Shown piece after piece: positions 7,837 to 16,504 of a stretch of 24,000 bases of DNA. Numbering within the stretch: the stretch's first letter is position 1; each line of letters starts with the position of its first letter. The notes beneath the pieces are model-generated. The model was not told the origin of the DNA and searched no databases. It worked only from the letters and a program-made list of their open reading frames with translations. The DNA comes from an uncultured delta proteobacterium (GTDB taxonomy: Bacteria > Myxococcota > Myxococcia > Myxococcales > Anaeromyxobacteraceae): contig CAWJSR010000045.1 of NCBI GenBank assembly GCA_963845515.1, positions 94,380 to 118,379 of the forward strand, read 5' to 3'. The position numbers and the translations under genes were made by a program.

Positions 7837-8130
7837 ATGGCACTCTCGCTGGAGGAGGTCCGCCGGATCGCCCAGCTCGCGCGGCTGAGGCTCGGGTCCG
7901 AGGAGGAGCAGGCGTTCGCGGTGCAGCTCTCCGCGATCCTCGACCACGTCGCGGAGTTGTCCAAGCTCGACGTCACCGGCGTCGAGCCGATGACGCACGC
8001 GCTCGCCGCGGGGGAGGGCGCCCCGCTGCGCGAGGACGTGGTCCAGCCGAGCCTCGCCCCGGACGTCGCCCTCGCCAACGCGCCGGCGCGGGAAGGGACC
8101 TGCTTCAAGGTCCCGAGGATCATCGAGTGA
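7837..8130 (+). CDS. gatC: Asp/Glu-tRNA(Asn/Gln) amidotransferase subunit C
   Basis: [21 protein letters not shown]...[26 protein letters not shown] is the typical GatC pattern. 97 aa, directly upstream of gatA. Confidence 0.93.
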   Translation: MALSLEEVRRIAQLARLRLGSEEEQAFAVQLSAILDHVAELSKLDVTGVEPMTHALAAGEGAPLREDVVQPSLAPDVALANAPAREGTCFKVPRIIE

Positions 8131-9617
8131 CCACCGCCAGCAAGGAGCTCACGGCCCTGGGCCTCCGCGAGATGGGGGACCGTCTCGCGGGGCGCAAGGA
8201 GTCGTCGCGCGAGCTGGTCGACGCCTCGCTCGCCCGCATCGAGGCGACCGACGCCCGCGTCGGGGCCTTCCTCAAGGTGACGCCGGAGCGGGCGCGCGCG
8301 CGCGCCGCGGAGTCGGACGACCGGATCGCCCGCGGGGAGCGCCGCTCGGCGATCGACGGGGTCCCCGTCGCGGTGAAGGACATCTTCCTCACCAGGGGCG
8401 TGGAGACGACCTGTGCGTCGCGGATCCTGGAGGGGTTCGTCCCCGCCTTCGACGCGACCGTGATCGAGCGGCTGGAGCAGGCCGGCGCGGTCATCGTCGG
8501 GAAGCTCAACATGGACGAGTTCGCGATGGGCTCGTCCAACGAGAACTCCGCCTACAAGCCGTGCCACAACCCGCACGACCTCGCCCGGACCCCGGGCGGC
8601 AGCTCGGGCGGGTCCGCGGCGGCGGTGGCGGCCCGGCAGGTGCCGGCCTCGCTCGGCACCGACACCGGCGGCTCCATCCGGCTCCCGGCCTCCTTCTGCG
8701 GCGTCGTCGGCCTGAAGCCCACGTACGGGCGCGTGTCGCGCTACGGCGTCATCGCCTTCGCGAGCTCGCTCGACCAGGTGGGCCCGGTGGCGCGCTCCGT
8801 CGAGGACGCGGCGATCCTGCTTGGCACCATCGCGGGGCACGATCCGCGCGACATGACCTCCTCCACGCGCCCGGTGGACGACTACCTCGCCTCGCTGGAG
8901 CAGGGCGCCAAGGGGCTGAGGATCGGCGTCCCGAAGGAGTGGTTCCAGGGGGGCGTCGACGCCGGCGTCGAGCGGCTCGTCCGCGACGCGCTCGGCCGGT
9001 ACGAGAAGCTCGGCGCCAGGCTCGTCGAGGTGTCCCTCCCACACACGCGCTACGGGATCGGCGCCTATTACCTCATCGCGACGGCCGAGGCGTCGTCGAA
9101 CCTCGCGCGCTATGACGGCGTCCGGTTCGGCCTGCGCGCCGCGGGCGACCGCGGCCTCAAGGAGATGTACTCCGAGACCCGGGAGCGAGGGTTCGGTCCG
9201 GAGCCGAAGCGCCGCATCATGCTCGGGACCTACGCCCTCTCCGCCGGCTACTACGACGCCTACTACCTGCGGGCCCAGAAGGTCCGCACGCTCATCCGGC
9301 GGGACTTCGATCAGGCGTTCGAGCAGGTCGACGTGGTCGCCGGGCCGGTGGCTCCCACCTGCGCCTTCAAGCTCGGCGAGCGCACCGCGGATCCGCTCCA
9401 GATGTACCTCGCCGACATCTTCACCATCACCTGCAACCTCGCGGCGCTGCCGGGCATGAGCGTGCCCTGCGGGCTCCACGCCGAGAGCCGCCTGCCGGTC
9501 GGCCTCCAGCTCGTCGGGCGCCCCTTCGACGAGGTGACGCTGCTGCGCGCCGCGAGGGCGCTCGAGCGCGAGGTCGGCCCCGGCCCGGCGCCTGCCGCGC
9601 TCGTGGGAGACGCCTGA
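8127..9617 (+). CDS. gatA: Asp/Glu-tRNA(Asn/Gln) amidotransferase subunit A
   Basis: Amidase signature [13 protein letters not shown] and [29 protein letters not shown]. The GTG start overlaps the gatC stop (GTGA). Confidence 0.95.
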   Translation: MTTASKELTALGLREMGDRLAGRKESSRELVDASLARIEATDARVGAFLKVTPERARARAAESDDRIARGERRSAIDGVPVAVKDIFLTRGVETTCASRILEGFVPAFDATVIERLEQAGAVIVGKLNMDEFAMGSSNENSAYKPCHNPHDLARTPGGSSGGSAAAVAARQVPASLGTDTGGSIRLPASFCGVVGLKPTYGRVSRYGVIAFASSLDQVGPVARSVEDAAILLGTIAGHDPRDMTSSTRPVDDYLASLEQGAKGLRIGVPKEWFQGGVDAGVERLVRDALGRYEKLGARLVEVSLPHTRYGIGAYYLIATAEASSNLARYDGVRFGLRAAGDRGLKEMYSETRERGFGPEPKRRIMLGTYALSAGYYDAYYLRAQKVRTLIRRDFDQAFEQVDVVAGPVAPTCAFKLGERTADPLQMYLADIFTITCNLAALPGMSVPCGLHAESRLPVGLQLVGRPFDEVTLLRAARALEREVGPGPAPAALVGDA

Positions 9618-11071
9618 TGGCCTTCCAGGACTTCCAGGTCGTCCTCGGGCTGGAGGTCCACGCCCAGCTGCTCACCCGCAGCAAGATCTTCTGCGGCTGC
9701 TCGACCGAGTTCGGCGGCGAGCCCAACACCCACACCTGCCCGGTGTGCCTCGGGATGCCGGGCGTGCTGCCGTCGCTCAACAGGCAGGTGGTCGAGTTCG
9801 CGGTCCGGACCGGCCTCGCCCTCGGGTGCGACGTCCGCCCGAAGAGCATCTGGGCGCGCAAGAACTACTTCTACCCGGACCTGCCCAAGGGCTACCAGGT
9901 GAGCCAGTACGAGGCGCCGATCTGCCTCGGCGGCGGCGTCGACATCACGGTGGACGGCGTGGACAAGCGGATCCGGCTGACCCGGATCCACATGGAGGAG
10001 GACGCCGGCAAGAACCTGCACGACATCGCGGCCGACGGCTCGTCCGGCGTGGACCTGAACCGCGCCGGCGTGCCGCTGATCGAGATCGTCTCCGAGCCCG
10101 ACCTCCGGTCGGTCGACGAGGCGATCGAGTACCTGAAGGAGCTCCGCGCGATCCTCGTCTGCCTCGGCGTCAACGACGGCAACCTCGAGGAGGGCTCCTT
10201 CCGGTGCGACGCGAACGTGTCGATCATGCCGCTCGGGGCCACCGAGCTGGGCACGCGGTGCGAGATCAAGAACATGAACTCGTTCCGCTTCCTCCGGCAG
10301 GCGATCGACTACGAGGTCCGCAGGCAGGTCGAGATCGTGGAGGGCGGCGGGAAGATCCGGCAGGAGACGCGCCTCTTCGACACCGCGCGCGGCGAGACCC
10401 GGTCGATGCGCTCCAAGGAGGAGGCGCACGACTACCGCTACTTCCCCGAGCCGGATCTGCCGCCGGTGCTCGTCGAGCCGGCGCTGGTGGAGCGGGTCAG
10501 GGCGGCGCTCCCCGAGCTGCCGCGCGCGCGCGCGGCGCGCTACCAGCAGTCGCTCGGCCTCTCGGCGTACGACGCCGGCCTCCTCGTCTCCGACGCGGCG
10601 GTGGCCGGCTTCTTCGACGCGACGCTCGCCGCCTACGGCAAGGGGCCCGAGGCGGCCAAGAAGGTGGCGAACTGGCTCGTGGGCGACGTCGCGAGGCTGG
10701 CCAACGAGACCGGGCTGGCGCCCGCGGGGTGGAGGCTGACGCCGGCCCACCTCGCCGAGATCCTCGGGCTCGTCGACGCCGGCACGATCGGCGGCCCCGG
10801 CGCGAAGCAGGTCGTGGAGGCGGTCTTCAGGACCGGCGACGCGCCCGCCTCGGTCGTCCAGGCGAAGGGGCTCGCCCAGGTCTCCGACGAGGGGGCGATC
10901 GAGGCGGCCGTGGACCGCGTCCTCGCGGCGAGCGCGGCCGAGGTGGAGCGCTACCGCGGCGGCAACACGAAGCTGATGGGCTTCTTCGTGGGGCAGGTGA
11001 TGAAGGAGACGAAGGGGAAGGCCAACCCCGCCGTCGTGAACGCGCTGCTCAAGCGAAAGCTGGGGGGCTAG
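9617..11071 (+). CDS. gatB: Asp/Glu-tRNA(Asn/Gln) amidotransferase subunit B
   Basis: [42 protein letters not shown] and the C-terminal GatB/YqeY region ([16 protein letters not shown]). The ATG overlaps the gatA TGA by 1 nt. Confidence 0.95.
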   Translation: MAFQDFQVVLGLEVHAQLLTRSKIFCGCSTEFGGEPNTHTCPVCLGMPGVLPSLNRQVVEFAVRTGLALGCDVRPKSIWARKNYFYPDLPKGYQVSQYEAPICLGGGVDITVDGVDKRIRLTRIHMEEDAGKNLHDIAADGSSGVDLNRAGVPLIEIVSEPDLRSVDEAIEYLKELRAILVCLGVNDGNLEEGSFRCDANVSIMPLGATELGTRCEIKNMNSFRFLRQAIDYEVRRQVEIVEGGGKIRQETRLFDTARGETRSMRSKEEAHDYRYFPEPDLPPVLVEPALVERVRAALPELPRARAARYQQSLGLSAYDAGLLVSDAAVAGFFDATLAAYGKGPEAAKKVANWLVGDVARLANETGLAPAGWRLTPAHLAEILGLVDAGTIGGPGAKQVVEAVFRTGDAPASVVQAKGLAQVSDEGAIEAAVDRVLAASAAEVERYRGGNTKLMGFFVGQVMKETKGKANPAVVNALLKRKLGG

Positions 11072-11072
11072 C

Positions 11073-12104
11073 ATGCCCGGTCCGATGCAGCGAGAGCCCC
11101 TCCGTCCGGTCCTCTACGACGCAGCGCGCGACGTCGTCCGACTCCTCGACCAGCGACGCCTGCCGCTCGAGGAGGCCTGGCTCGAGCTGACCAGCGCCGA
11201 CGAGGTCGTCCAGGCGATCAAGGACCTGACGGTCCGGGGCGCGCCGGCCATCGGCGTCGCGGCGGCGTACGGCCTCGCCGTCGAGGCGCGACGAGGCGCG
11301 AACCCGCACGCGCTGCGCGAGGCGGCCGACCGGCTCGCGCACGCCCGTCCGACCGCGGTGAACCTCGCGTGGGCGGTCCGTCGGATGGTCCGCCGCCTCG
11401 GGCTCGGCCCGGCGGAGATCCTCGCCGAGGCGAACGCCATCCGTGACGAGGACGAGGCCAGCTGCCGCCGGATCGGCCAGCTGGGGGCTCCGCTGGTGCC
11501 GCCGCGGGCAAACATCCTGACGCACTGCAACGCCGGCGCGCTCGCGACCGCAGGGTACGGGACGGCCCTCGGCGTGGTCCGGGCGGCCGTCGAGGCCGGC
11601 AGGGCGGTCCGCGTCTACGCAGACGAGACCCGCCCCTTCCTGCAGGGCGCGCGGCTCACGGCGTGGGAGCTGAATCGCGATGGGATCCCGGTCACCGTCC
11701 TGACCGACGCCATGGGGGGCTGGCTGATGGCGCGCGGAGAGATCGACTGCGTCATCGTCGGCGCCGATCGGATCGCCGCCAACGGCGACGTCGCCAACAA
11801 GATCGGCACGTACTCCCTCGCCGTCCTCGCCGGTCACCACGGCGTGCCGTTCTACGTGGCCGCCCCGTGGAGCACGGTCGACCTCTCGACCCCGAGCGGG
11901 CGCGAGATCCCGATCGAGGAGCGCCCGTCAGACGAGGTGCTCGTGATCGCCGGTCAGCGGATCGCGCCGGAGGGCGTGTCGGCGCGGTACCCGGCGTTCG
12001 ACGTCACCCCGGAGCGGCTGATCACGGCGATCATCACGGAGCGCGGCGTGGTCCGGCGCCCCTACGACGACGGGCTGAGGGCGCTCGCCGGCGAGTCGAC
12101 GTGA
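11073..12104 (+). CDS. mtnA: S-methyl-5-thioribose-1-phosphate isomerase (eIF-2B alpha/beta/delta family)
   Basis: [14 protein letters not shown]....[25 protein letters not shown] and [28 protein letters not shown]...PFYVAAP are the family motifs. It starts 1 nt after the gatB stop. Confidence 0.85.
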   Translation: MPGPMQREPLRPVLYDAARDVVRLLDQRRLPLEEAWLELTSADEVVQAIKDLTVRGAPAIGVAAAYGLAVEARRGANPHALREAADRLAHARPTAVNLAWAVRRMVRRLGLGPAEILAEANAIRDEDEASCRRIGQLGAPLVPPRANILTHCNAGALATAGYGTALGVVRAAVEAGRAVRVYADETRPFLQGARLTAWELNRDGIPVTVLTDAMGGWLMARGEIDCVIVGADRIAANGDVANKIGTYSLAVLAGHHGVPFYVAAPWSTVDLSTPSGREIPIEERPSDEVLVIAGQRIAPEGVSARYPAFDVTPERLITAIITERGVVRRPYDDGLRALAGEST

Positions 12105-13000
12105 GCAGCCTGGGCTCGACCCGCGTCTTCGGCCACTCGCACGGCGGCGTCGTGGAGGTCGGCCTCAGGCGCCGCCCGCTGAAGGACCTGTACCACTGGC
12201 TCGTCACCGGCCCATGGGCGCGGGTGCTCGTCGTCTACGGCCTCGTCTACTTCGCGACGGAGGGGATCTTCGCCGCGATCGACTTCGCCATCGGGGAGGT
12301 GCCGGCCGGCCGCGGCGTCTTCGCCGCGGCGCTGGTGGAGGCGGTCCGCGCGCCCGTGGAGGGGCGCGACGTCGCCGAGCCGCTCCGGACCGTCCTGGCG
12401 GGGGTCGTCGGCAGCGTCGAGGGGTTCATCCGCTGGCTCGAGCTGGCGCTCGGCGCCGGCATCATCCTGACCAAGTTCTCGCTCCTCCGGGCGCGCATCA
12501 TCTTCAGCCGGGTCGCGGTGATCGCGCCCGGCGACGACGGCCCGGCGCTCATGTTCCGCATGGCCAACGAGCGGGTGAGCAACATCATCGACGCCAAGGT
12601 CAACGCGCTCCTCGTCTGGAACGAGAAGGACGAGCGGGGGGAGCTGGTGCGCCGGGCGCACGACCTCGCGCTCGCGCGCGGCGGCTCCGCCCTCTTCACG
12701 CACGCCTGGACCGCCAACCACCCGATCGACCGGGAGAGCCCGCTCCGCGGCTGCGACGAGACGGCCCTCCAGCTGGCGGAGGCGGAGCTCATCGTGAGCC
12801 TCTCGGGCTACGACGAGGCGCTCACGCGGGTCATGTACGCGCGCCACGTCTACCCTGCCGAGAAGATCCTTTGGAGCCACCGGTTCCGCGAGATAGTGAG
12901 GCCGCTCCCCGACGGGCGCAGGCGGATCGACTATCGCCGCTTCCACGAAGCGGAGCCGGTGGCGCCCGAGGAAAAGGGCTCGAGGGCCCGGAGACGCTAG
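12101..13000 (+). CDS. Inward-rectifier (Kir/KirBac)-like protein with a degenerate pore region
   Basis: [25 protein letters not shown] (slide helix/TM1) and the cytoplasmic Ig-like domain ([29 protein letters not shown]...[13 protein letters not shown]...[13 protein letters not shown]) parallel KirBac1.1 as I recall it. No GYG/GFG motif is present. The GTG start overlaps the mtnA stop (GTGA). Confidence 0.7.
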   Translation: MSSLGSTRVFGHSHGGVVEVGLRRRPLKDLYHWLVTGPWARVLVVYGLVYFATEGIFAAIDFAIGEVPAGRGVFAAALVEAVRAPVEGRDVAEPLRTVLAGVVGSVEGFIRWLELALGAGIILTKFSLLRARIIFSRVAVIAPGDDGPALMFRMANERVSNIIDAKVNALLVWNEKDERGELVRRAHDLALARGGSALFTHAWTANHPIDRESPLRGCDETALQLAEAELIVSLSGYDEALTRVMYARHVYPAEKILWSHRFREIVRPLPDGRRRIDYRRFHEAEPVAPEEKGSRARRR

Positions 13001-13007
13001 AGGAGGG

Positions 13008-13400
13008 TCAGCGACCCTTGCCCTGGTGCTTGCCGCCTCCACCGCCACCCTTGCCCGGCTTCATGGCCTTCCCGGGCTTCCCGCCGCCGCCGTGCCCCTT
13101 CCAGTGCTTGTACTGGCCTGGGGGGAGGCGGGTGAGCCCGGGGGGGACGTGGCGGGGCATGAGGACCCAGCCAGCCCGCGGGCTGGAGGACCGGTACCAG
13201 CCGCCGTCGTGGCGGGTCCAGTAGAAGCCGTCGACGTGGAAGACCTCGTAGGGGAGGTCTGGAACCACCTGGATTCCCGGCTGAATGACGATCAGCGGGG
13301 GGAGGATCACCGGCAGATCCAGCGTGAACGAGGCCGAAGCCTGAATCTGCGCCGACGCGAGGGCCGGGGCGAGGACTGCGAGCAAGATCAGTCTTTTCAT
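13008..13400 (-). CDS. Small secreted hypothetical protein with Gly/Lys-rich C-terminal tail
   Basis: Signal peptide [20 protein letters not shown]. Central W/Y-rich segment ([51 protein letters not shown]). Tail [33 protein letters not shown] upstream of ATG 13400. Confidence 0.65.
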   Translation of the reverse strand: MKRLILLAVLAPALASAQIQASASFTLDLPVILPPLIVIQPGIQVVPDLPYEVFHVDGFYWTRHDGGWYRSSSPRAGWVLMPRHVPPGLTRLPPGQYKHWKGHGGGGKPGKAMKPGKGGGGGGKHQGKGR

Positions 13401-13408
13401 GGGCTGTA

Positions 13409-13446
13409 CCTTAACACCCGGACATCGGGTGGCATCCTTAACACCC
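13409..13446. repeat. 11-bp direct repeat CCTTAACACCC x2, spaced 27 bp start to start
   Basis: Identical copies at 13409-13419 and 13436-13446, in the intergenic region immediately 5' of the minus-strand secreted-protein gene. The first copy contains that gene's presumed SD. Confidence 0.7.
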
Positions 13447-13473
13447 CAACCCGGGATCCATCTTTGGGATTCC

Positions 13474-13503
13474 TTGACAGTTCAGGGGGGGCGATCGTAT
13501 AGA
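13474..13503 (+). promoter_or_regulatory. Sigma70-type promoter of the rplU-rpmA(-obg) operon
   Basis: Perfect -35 TTGACA (13474-13479), 17-18 nt spacer, then TATAGA/GTATAG (13497-13503). About 100 nt upstream of the rplU ATG. Confidence 0.5.
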
Positions 13504-13602
13504 ACCGCCCCTCCGGAGGACCCGCCGGGCGCGCCCGTATTTCGCCAGCAGCACCGGGCAGCGTCGGCAAGAACCTCCCAAGAGATTATCGAGGAGCGTG
13601 CG

Positions 13603-13908
13603 ATGTACGCGGTGATTCGGACCGGCGGAAAGCAGTACCGCGTGGCTCAGGGCGATCGGCTCAAGGTCGAGAAGCTCGAGGGCGACGTCGGCGGCAAGGT
13701 GGACTTCGACGTGCTGATGCTCGGCGGTGAAGGTCCCGCCAGGATCGGCGCGCCCGTGGTCGGCGGCGCGGCGGTCGAGGGCGAGATCGTCGCCCAGGGC
13801 CGTCACAAGAAGGTCATCCACTTCCGCAAGAAGAAGGAAGGCTGGACCAAGAAGCGCGGTCACCGCCAGCCTTATACCGAGGTCCTGATCAAGACGGTGC
13901 GCGCCTAG
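13603..13908 (+). CDS. rplU: 50S ribosomal protein L21
   Basis: [25 protein letters not shown]...[30 protein letters not shown] 6 nt upstream. Confidence 0.96.
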   Translation: MYAVIRTGGKQYRVAQGDRLKVEKLEGDVGGKVDFDVLMLGGEGPARIGAPVVGGAAVEGEIVAQGRHKKVIHFRKKKEGWTKKRGHRQPYTEVLIKTVRA

Positions 13909-13948
13909 CGGCGCGACCGGCGCGACCCGGCAACAGGAAGGATCGAAC

Positions 13949-14206
13949 ATGGCTCACAAAAAAGGACAGGGCTCTTCCCGCAACGGCCGCGACTCGGCTG
14001 GCCAGCACCGCGGCGTGAAGATCTACGGCTCCGAGAAGGTCGTGGCGGGCAACATCATCGTCCGGCAGATCGGGACCCTCTTCCACCCCGGGCAGAACGT
14101 CGGGCTGGGGAAGGATCACACCCTCTTCGCCAAGATCGACGGCACCGTGAAGTACTCGCGGCACCGCGGCGATCGGCGCGTCGTCTCGGTCCTCCCCGAG
14201 GCCTAG
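13949..14206 (+). CDS. rpmA: 50S ribosomal protein L27
   Basis: [61 protein letters not shown]. Confidence 0.96.
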   Translation: MAHKKGQGSSRNGRDSAGQHRGVKIYGSEKVVAGNIIVRQIGTLFHPGQNVGLGKDHTLFAKIDGTVKYSRHRGDRRVVSVLPEA

Positions 14207-14228
14207 CTTTCGGCGCAAAGCCGATCTG

Positions 14229-14268
14229 AGCGCCGCGGCCCCCCAGGGCTCGCGGCGCTTGTCATTTA
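14229..14268 (+). terminator. Hairpin between rpmA and obg (weak terminator or attenuator candidate)
   Basis: 9-bp GC stem: 14229-14237 agcgccgcg pairs with 14251-14259 cgcggcgct, and there is extra GCCC/GGGC pairing inside the loop. The following tract TGTCATTT is only a poor U-tract. Confidence 0.35.
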
Positions 14269-14296
14269 GAGCGCGAAGCGCAGCACCCGAGGCGCG

Positions 14297-15364
14297 ATGA
14301 AATTCGTCGACGAAGTCCGCATCTACGTGAAGGCCGGCGACGGCGGCAACGGCGCCGTGGCGTGGCGGCGCGAGAAGTTCATCCCGCGCGGCGGGCCGGC
14401 GGGCGGCGACGGCGGCAACGGCGGCGACGTGGTGCTGATCGTGGACCCGCAGCTCCTGACGCTGCTCGACTTCCGCTTCGTCCACGATCACAAGGCGAAG
14501 AGCGGCGAGCACGGCCGCGGCAGCGACATGAACGGCCAGAACGGGCCGGACCTGGAGCTGCGCGTCCCGCCGGGGACCGTCGTGAAGGACGCCGTGACCG
14601 GCGCGCAGGTCGTGGACCTCTCCGAGCCGGGCCAGCGCGTCGTGATCGCGAAGGGCGGGCGGGGCGGCCTCGGCAACATGAACTTCGCGACGTCGACCAA
14701 CCAGGCGCCGCGGTACGCCGAGGACGGGACGCCGGGGGAGGAGCGCAACCTCCAGCTGGAGCTGAAGCTGCTCGCGGACGTCGGGATCGTCGGCTACCCG
14801 AACGCCGGCAAGTCGACGCTCATCTCGCGCATCAGCCGCGCGCGCCCCAAGATCGCCGACTACCCCTTCACCACCCTCGCGCCGAACCTGGGCGTCGTCG
14901 GGTGGCGCGACGGCCGGAGCTTCGTCGTCGCAGACATCCCGGGGCTCATCGACGGCGCGCACACCGGCGCCGGGCTCGGCCACCAGTTCCTGCGCCACGT
15001 CGAGCGCTGCCGCGTGCTGATCCACCTCGTGGAGGGGGCGAACCCCGAGCCGGGGCGCTCCCCCGCCGCCGACTTCAAGGCGATCAACGAGGAGCTGGCC
15101 CTCTACTCGCCCGAGCTGGCGAAGAAGCCGCAGATCGTCGCGGTGACGAAGGTCGACGTCACGGAGGCGCGCGAGGCCGGCGAGAAGTTCGCGAAGACCC
15201 TCGCGAAGCGGAAGAAGCCGGTGAAGATCCACCTGATCTCCTCGGCGACCGGCGAGGGGCTGGATCCGCTCCTCGACGCGGTGGGGAAGGCGCTCTTCTC
15301 GAAGGGCGGCCCCGACCGCGAGGGGCACGGACGGCGGCTCGGCAAGCCCAGGCACGTGAAGTGA
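14297..15364 (+). CDS. obg: GTPase Obg/CgtA
   Basis: MKFVDEVRIYVKAGDGGNG..AWRREKF.P.GGP.GGDGG.GG.V. G1 motif GYPNAGKST, G3 motif DIPGLI.GA, and TKVD. Confidence 0.96.
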   Translation: MKFVDEVRIYVKAGDGGNGAVAWRREKFIPRGGPAGGDGGNGGDVVLIVDPQLLTLLDFRFVHDHKAKSGEHGRGSDMNGQNGPDLELRVPPGTVVKDAVTGAQVVDLSEPGQRVVIAKGGRGGLGNMNFATSTNQAPRYAEDGTPGEERNLQLELKLLADVGIVGYPNAGKSTLISRISRARPKIADYPFTTLAPNLGVVGWRDGRSFVVADIPGLIDGAHTGAGLGHQFLRHVERCRVLIHLVEGANPEPGRSPAADFKAINEELALYSPELAKKPQIVAVTKVDVTEAREAGEKFAKTLAKRKKPVKIHLISSATGEGLDPLLDAVGKALFSKGGPDREGHGRRLGKPRHVK

Positions 15365-16047
15365 CCTCGTCGCTCGGCGATCCGGACTTCCTGCTCCCCG
15401 AGCGGAAGGCGCGCATCGACGAGGTCGTCGCCAACCGCACCCGCACCCTGACCGTGGTCATGGAGTCGCTCTGCGATCCGCAGAACGTCAACGCCGTGAT
15501 CCGCACCTGCGAGGCCTTCGGGATCCAGGCGCTGCACGCGATCGAGGGGCCGATGAAGCGGTACGACCCCAACAAGAAGATCAGCCAGAACGCCGACAAG
15601 TGGCTCGACGTGAGGCGCTGGTCCTCGACGGGCGAGTGCCTCGGGTTCCTGAAGTCGGAGGGGTTCCGGATCTACGCCACGCACCTCGGGCAGGACTCGG
15701 TCGGGCTCGCCGACCTCTCCTTCGCCCCGAAGGTCGCGCTCGTCTTCGGGAACGAGCACCGCGGCGTGTCGGACGAGGCGGCGGCGCTCGCCGACGCGAA
15801 CTTCACCATCCCGATGCTCGGCTTCGTCCAGTCCTTCAACGTGTCGGTCGCGGCCGCCATCACGCTCGCCCGCGCGGTGGACCGCCGCGTCGAAGAGCGC
15901 GGCCGCCACGGCGACCTGCCCGAGGCCGAGGCCCAGGCGCTGCGCGAGCGGTTCTACCTGCTCGCCGTGAAGCAGCGCAGCCGGATCGCCAAGGCCGAGC
16001 GCGCCGACGCGCGCCGGGAGCGGCACGCGAAGCAGGGCGGGGAGTAG
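15361..16047 (+). CDS. trmH: tRNA (guanosine-2'-O)-methyltransferase, SpoU/TrmH family
   Basis: SpoU motifs NVNAVIRTCEAFGI, LVFGNEHRGVS and IPMLGFVQSFNVSVAAAI. Overall colinear with E. coli TrmH as I recall it. The GTG start overlaps the obg stop (GTGA). Confidence 0.8.
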   Translation: MTSSLGDPDFLLPERKARIDEVVANRTRTLTVVMESLCDPQNVNAVIRTCEAFGIQALHAIEGPMKRYDPNKKISQNADKWLDVRRWSSTGECLGFLKSEGFRIYATHLGQDSVGLADLSFAPKVALVFGNEHRGVSDEAAALADANFTIPMLGFVQSFNVSVAAAITLARAVDRRVEERGRHGDLPEAEAQALRERFYLLAVKQRSRIAKAERADARRERHAKQGGE

Positions 16048-16055
16048 CGTTTCCT

Positions 16056-16274
16056 TCAGCGCGGTGCAGGGTGCAGCCGATCGCGTCCGAGGTGGGCGCG
16101 GCGCTCGATGGTACGCACCGAGTCCGTGAACGCCCCCTCACCAGCCTCTCCCCCGCGGGGGCGGGGGAGAGGTGTATTTCCATGGTGCCGGACGACGAGC
16201 ATGACCGCGCCCCAAGTGTAGCCGAGGGTCGAGGCGACGGTGAGCGCGGTGGTGCGGGTAGCGGGAGTGGTCAC
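16056..16274 (-). CDS. Questionable small ORF (72 codons) with one hydrophobic segment
   Basis: The GTG start overlaps the stop of the upstream small membrane ORF (GTGA). The first ~30 codons have high GC3 and encode ALTVASTLGYTWGAVMLVV. After that, codon bias collapses and the ORF runs through the 16145-16172 terminator hairpin. Confidence 0.25.
   Translation of the reverse strand: MTTPATRTTALTVASTLGYTWGAVMLVVRHHGNTPLPRPRGGEAGEGAFTDSVRTIERRAHLGRDRLHPAPR
16145..16181 (+). terminator. Intrinsic terminator downstream of trmH
   Basis: Perfect 12-bp inverted repeat: cctctcccccgc (16145-16156), loop gggg, gcgggggagagg (16161-16172). It is followed by TGTATTTCC. No U-tract on the opposite strand. 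Confidence 0.5.
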
Positions 16275-16504
16275 GGGGATGTACCCATGGCAGCCATCAC
16301 CGCCCAGGCGAAGACCGCCAGCCCGATTCCGCCCAGGACGCCGGCAGCGACGAGCACCAGCCGCGCCAGGCGCACGATCCGGTCGGTCGGGGGCAGCTTC
16401 AGCCGGAACAGGATCACGAACCCGGCGACCGTCGCTGCGAGGACGGCGAGTCCGAAGAGCGCCGTCCCCGCGATCGCCGCGAAGCCGCCCGCGCCGTCGC
16501 TCAT
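16271..16504 (-). CDS. Small two-TM membrane protein (77 aa), hypothetical
   Basis: MSDGAGGFAAIAGTALFGLAVLAATVAGFVILFRLKLPPTDRIVRLARLVLVAAGVLGGIGLAVFAWAVMAAMGTSP. High GC3. Its ATG shares 1 nt with the TGA of the upstream pseudouridine synthase gene (translational coupling). Confidence 0.55.
   Translation of the reverse strand: MSDGAGGFAAIAGTALFGLAVLAATVAGFVILFRLKLPPTDRIVRLARLVLVAAGVLGGIGLAVFAWAVMAAMGTSP

Noticed and set aside
7410-11074. Long minus-strand ORFs (7410-9479 and 9311-11074) opposite gatA/gatB
   Set aside because: Same antisense artefact: no recognisable domains, while the plus strand carries canonical GatA/GatB motifs.
13889-15355. 488-aa minus-strand ORF opposite rpmA/obg, and similar ORFs at 11049-11840, 12062-13048 and 22427-23410
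   Set aside because: These are antisense to confidently identified genes and have Arg/Asp/Gly-rich junk composition.
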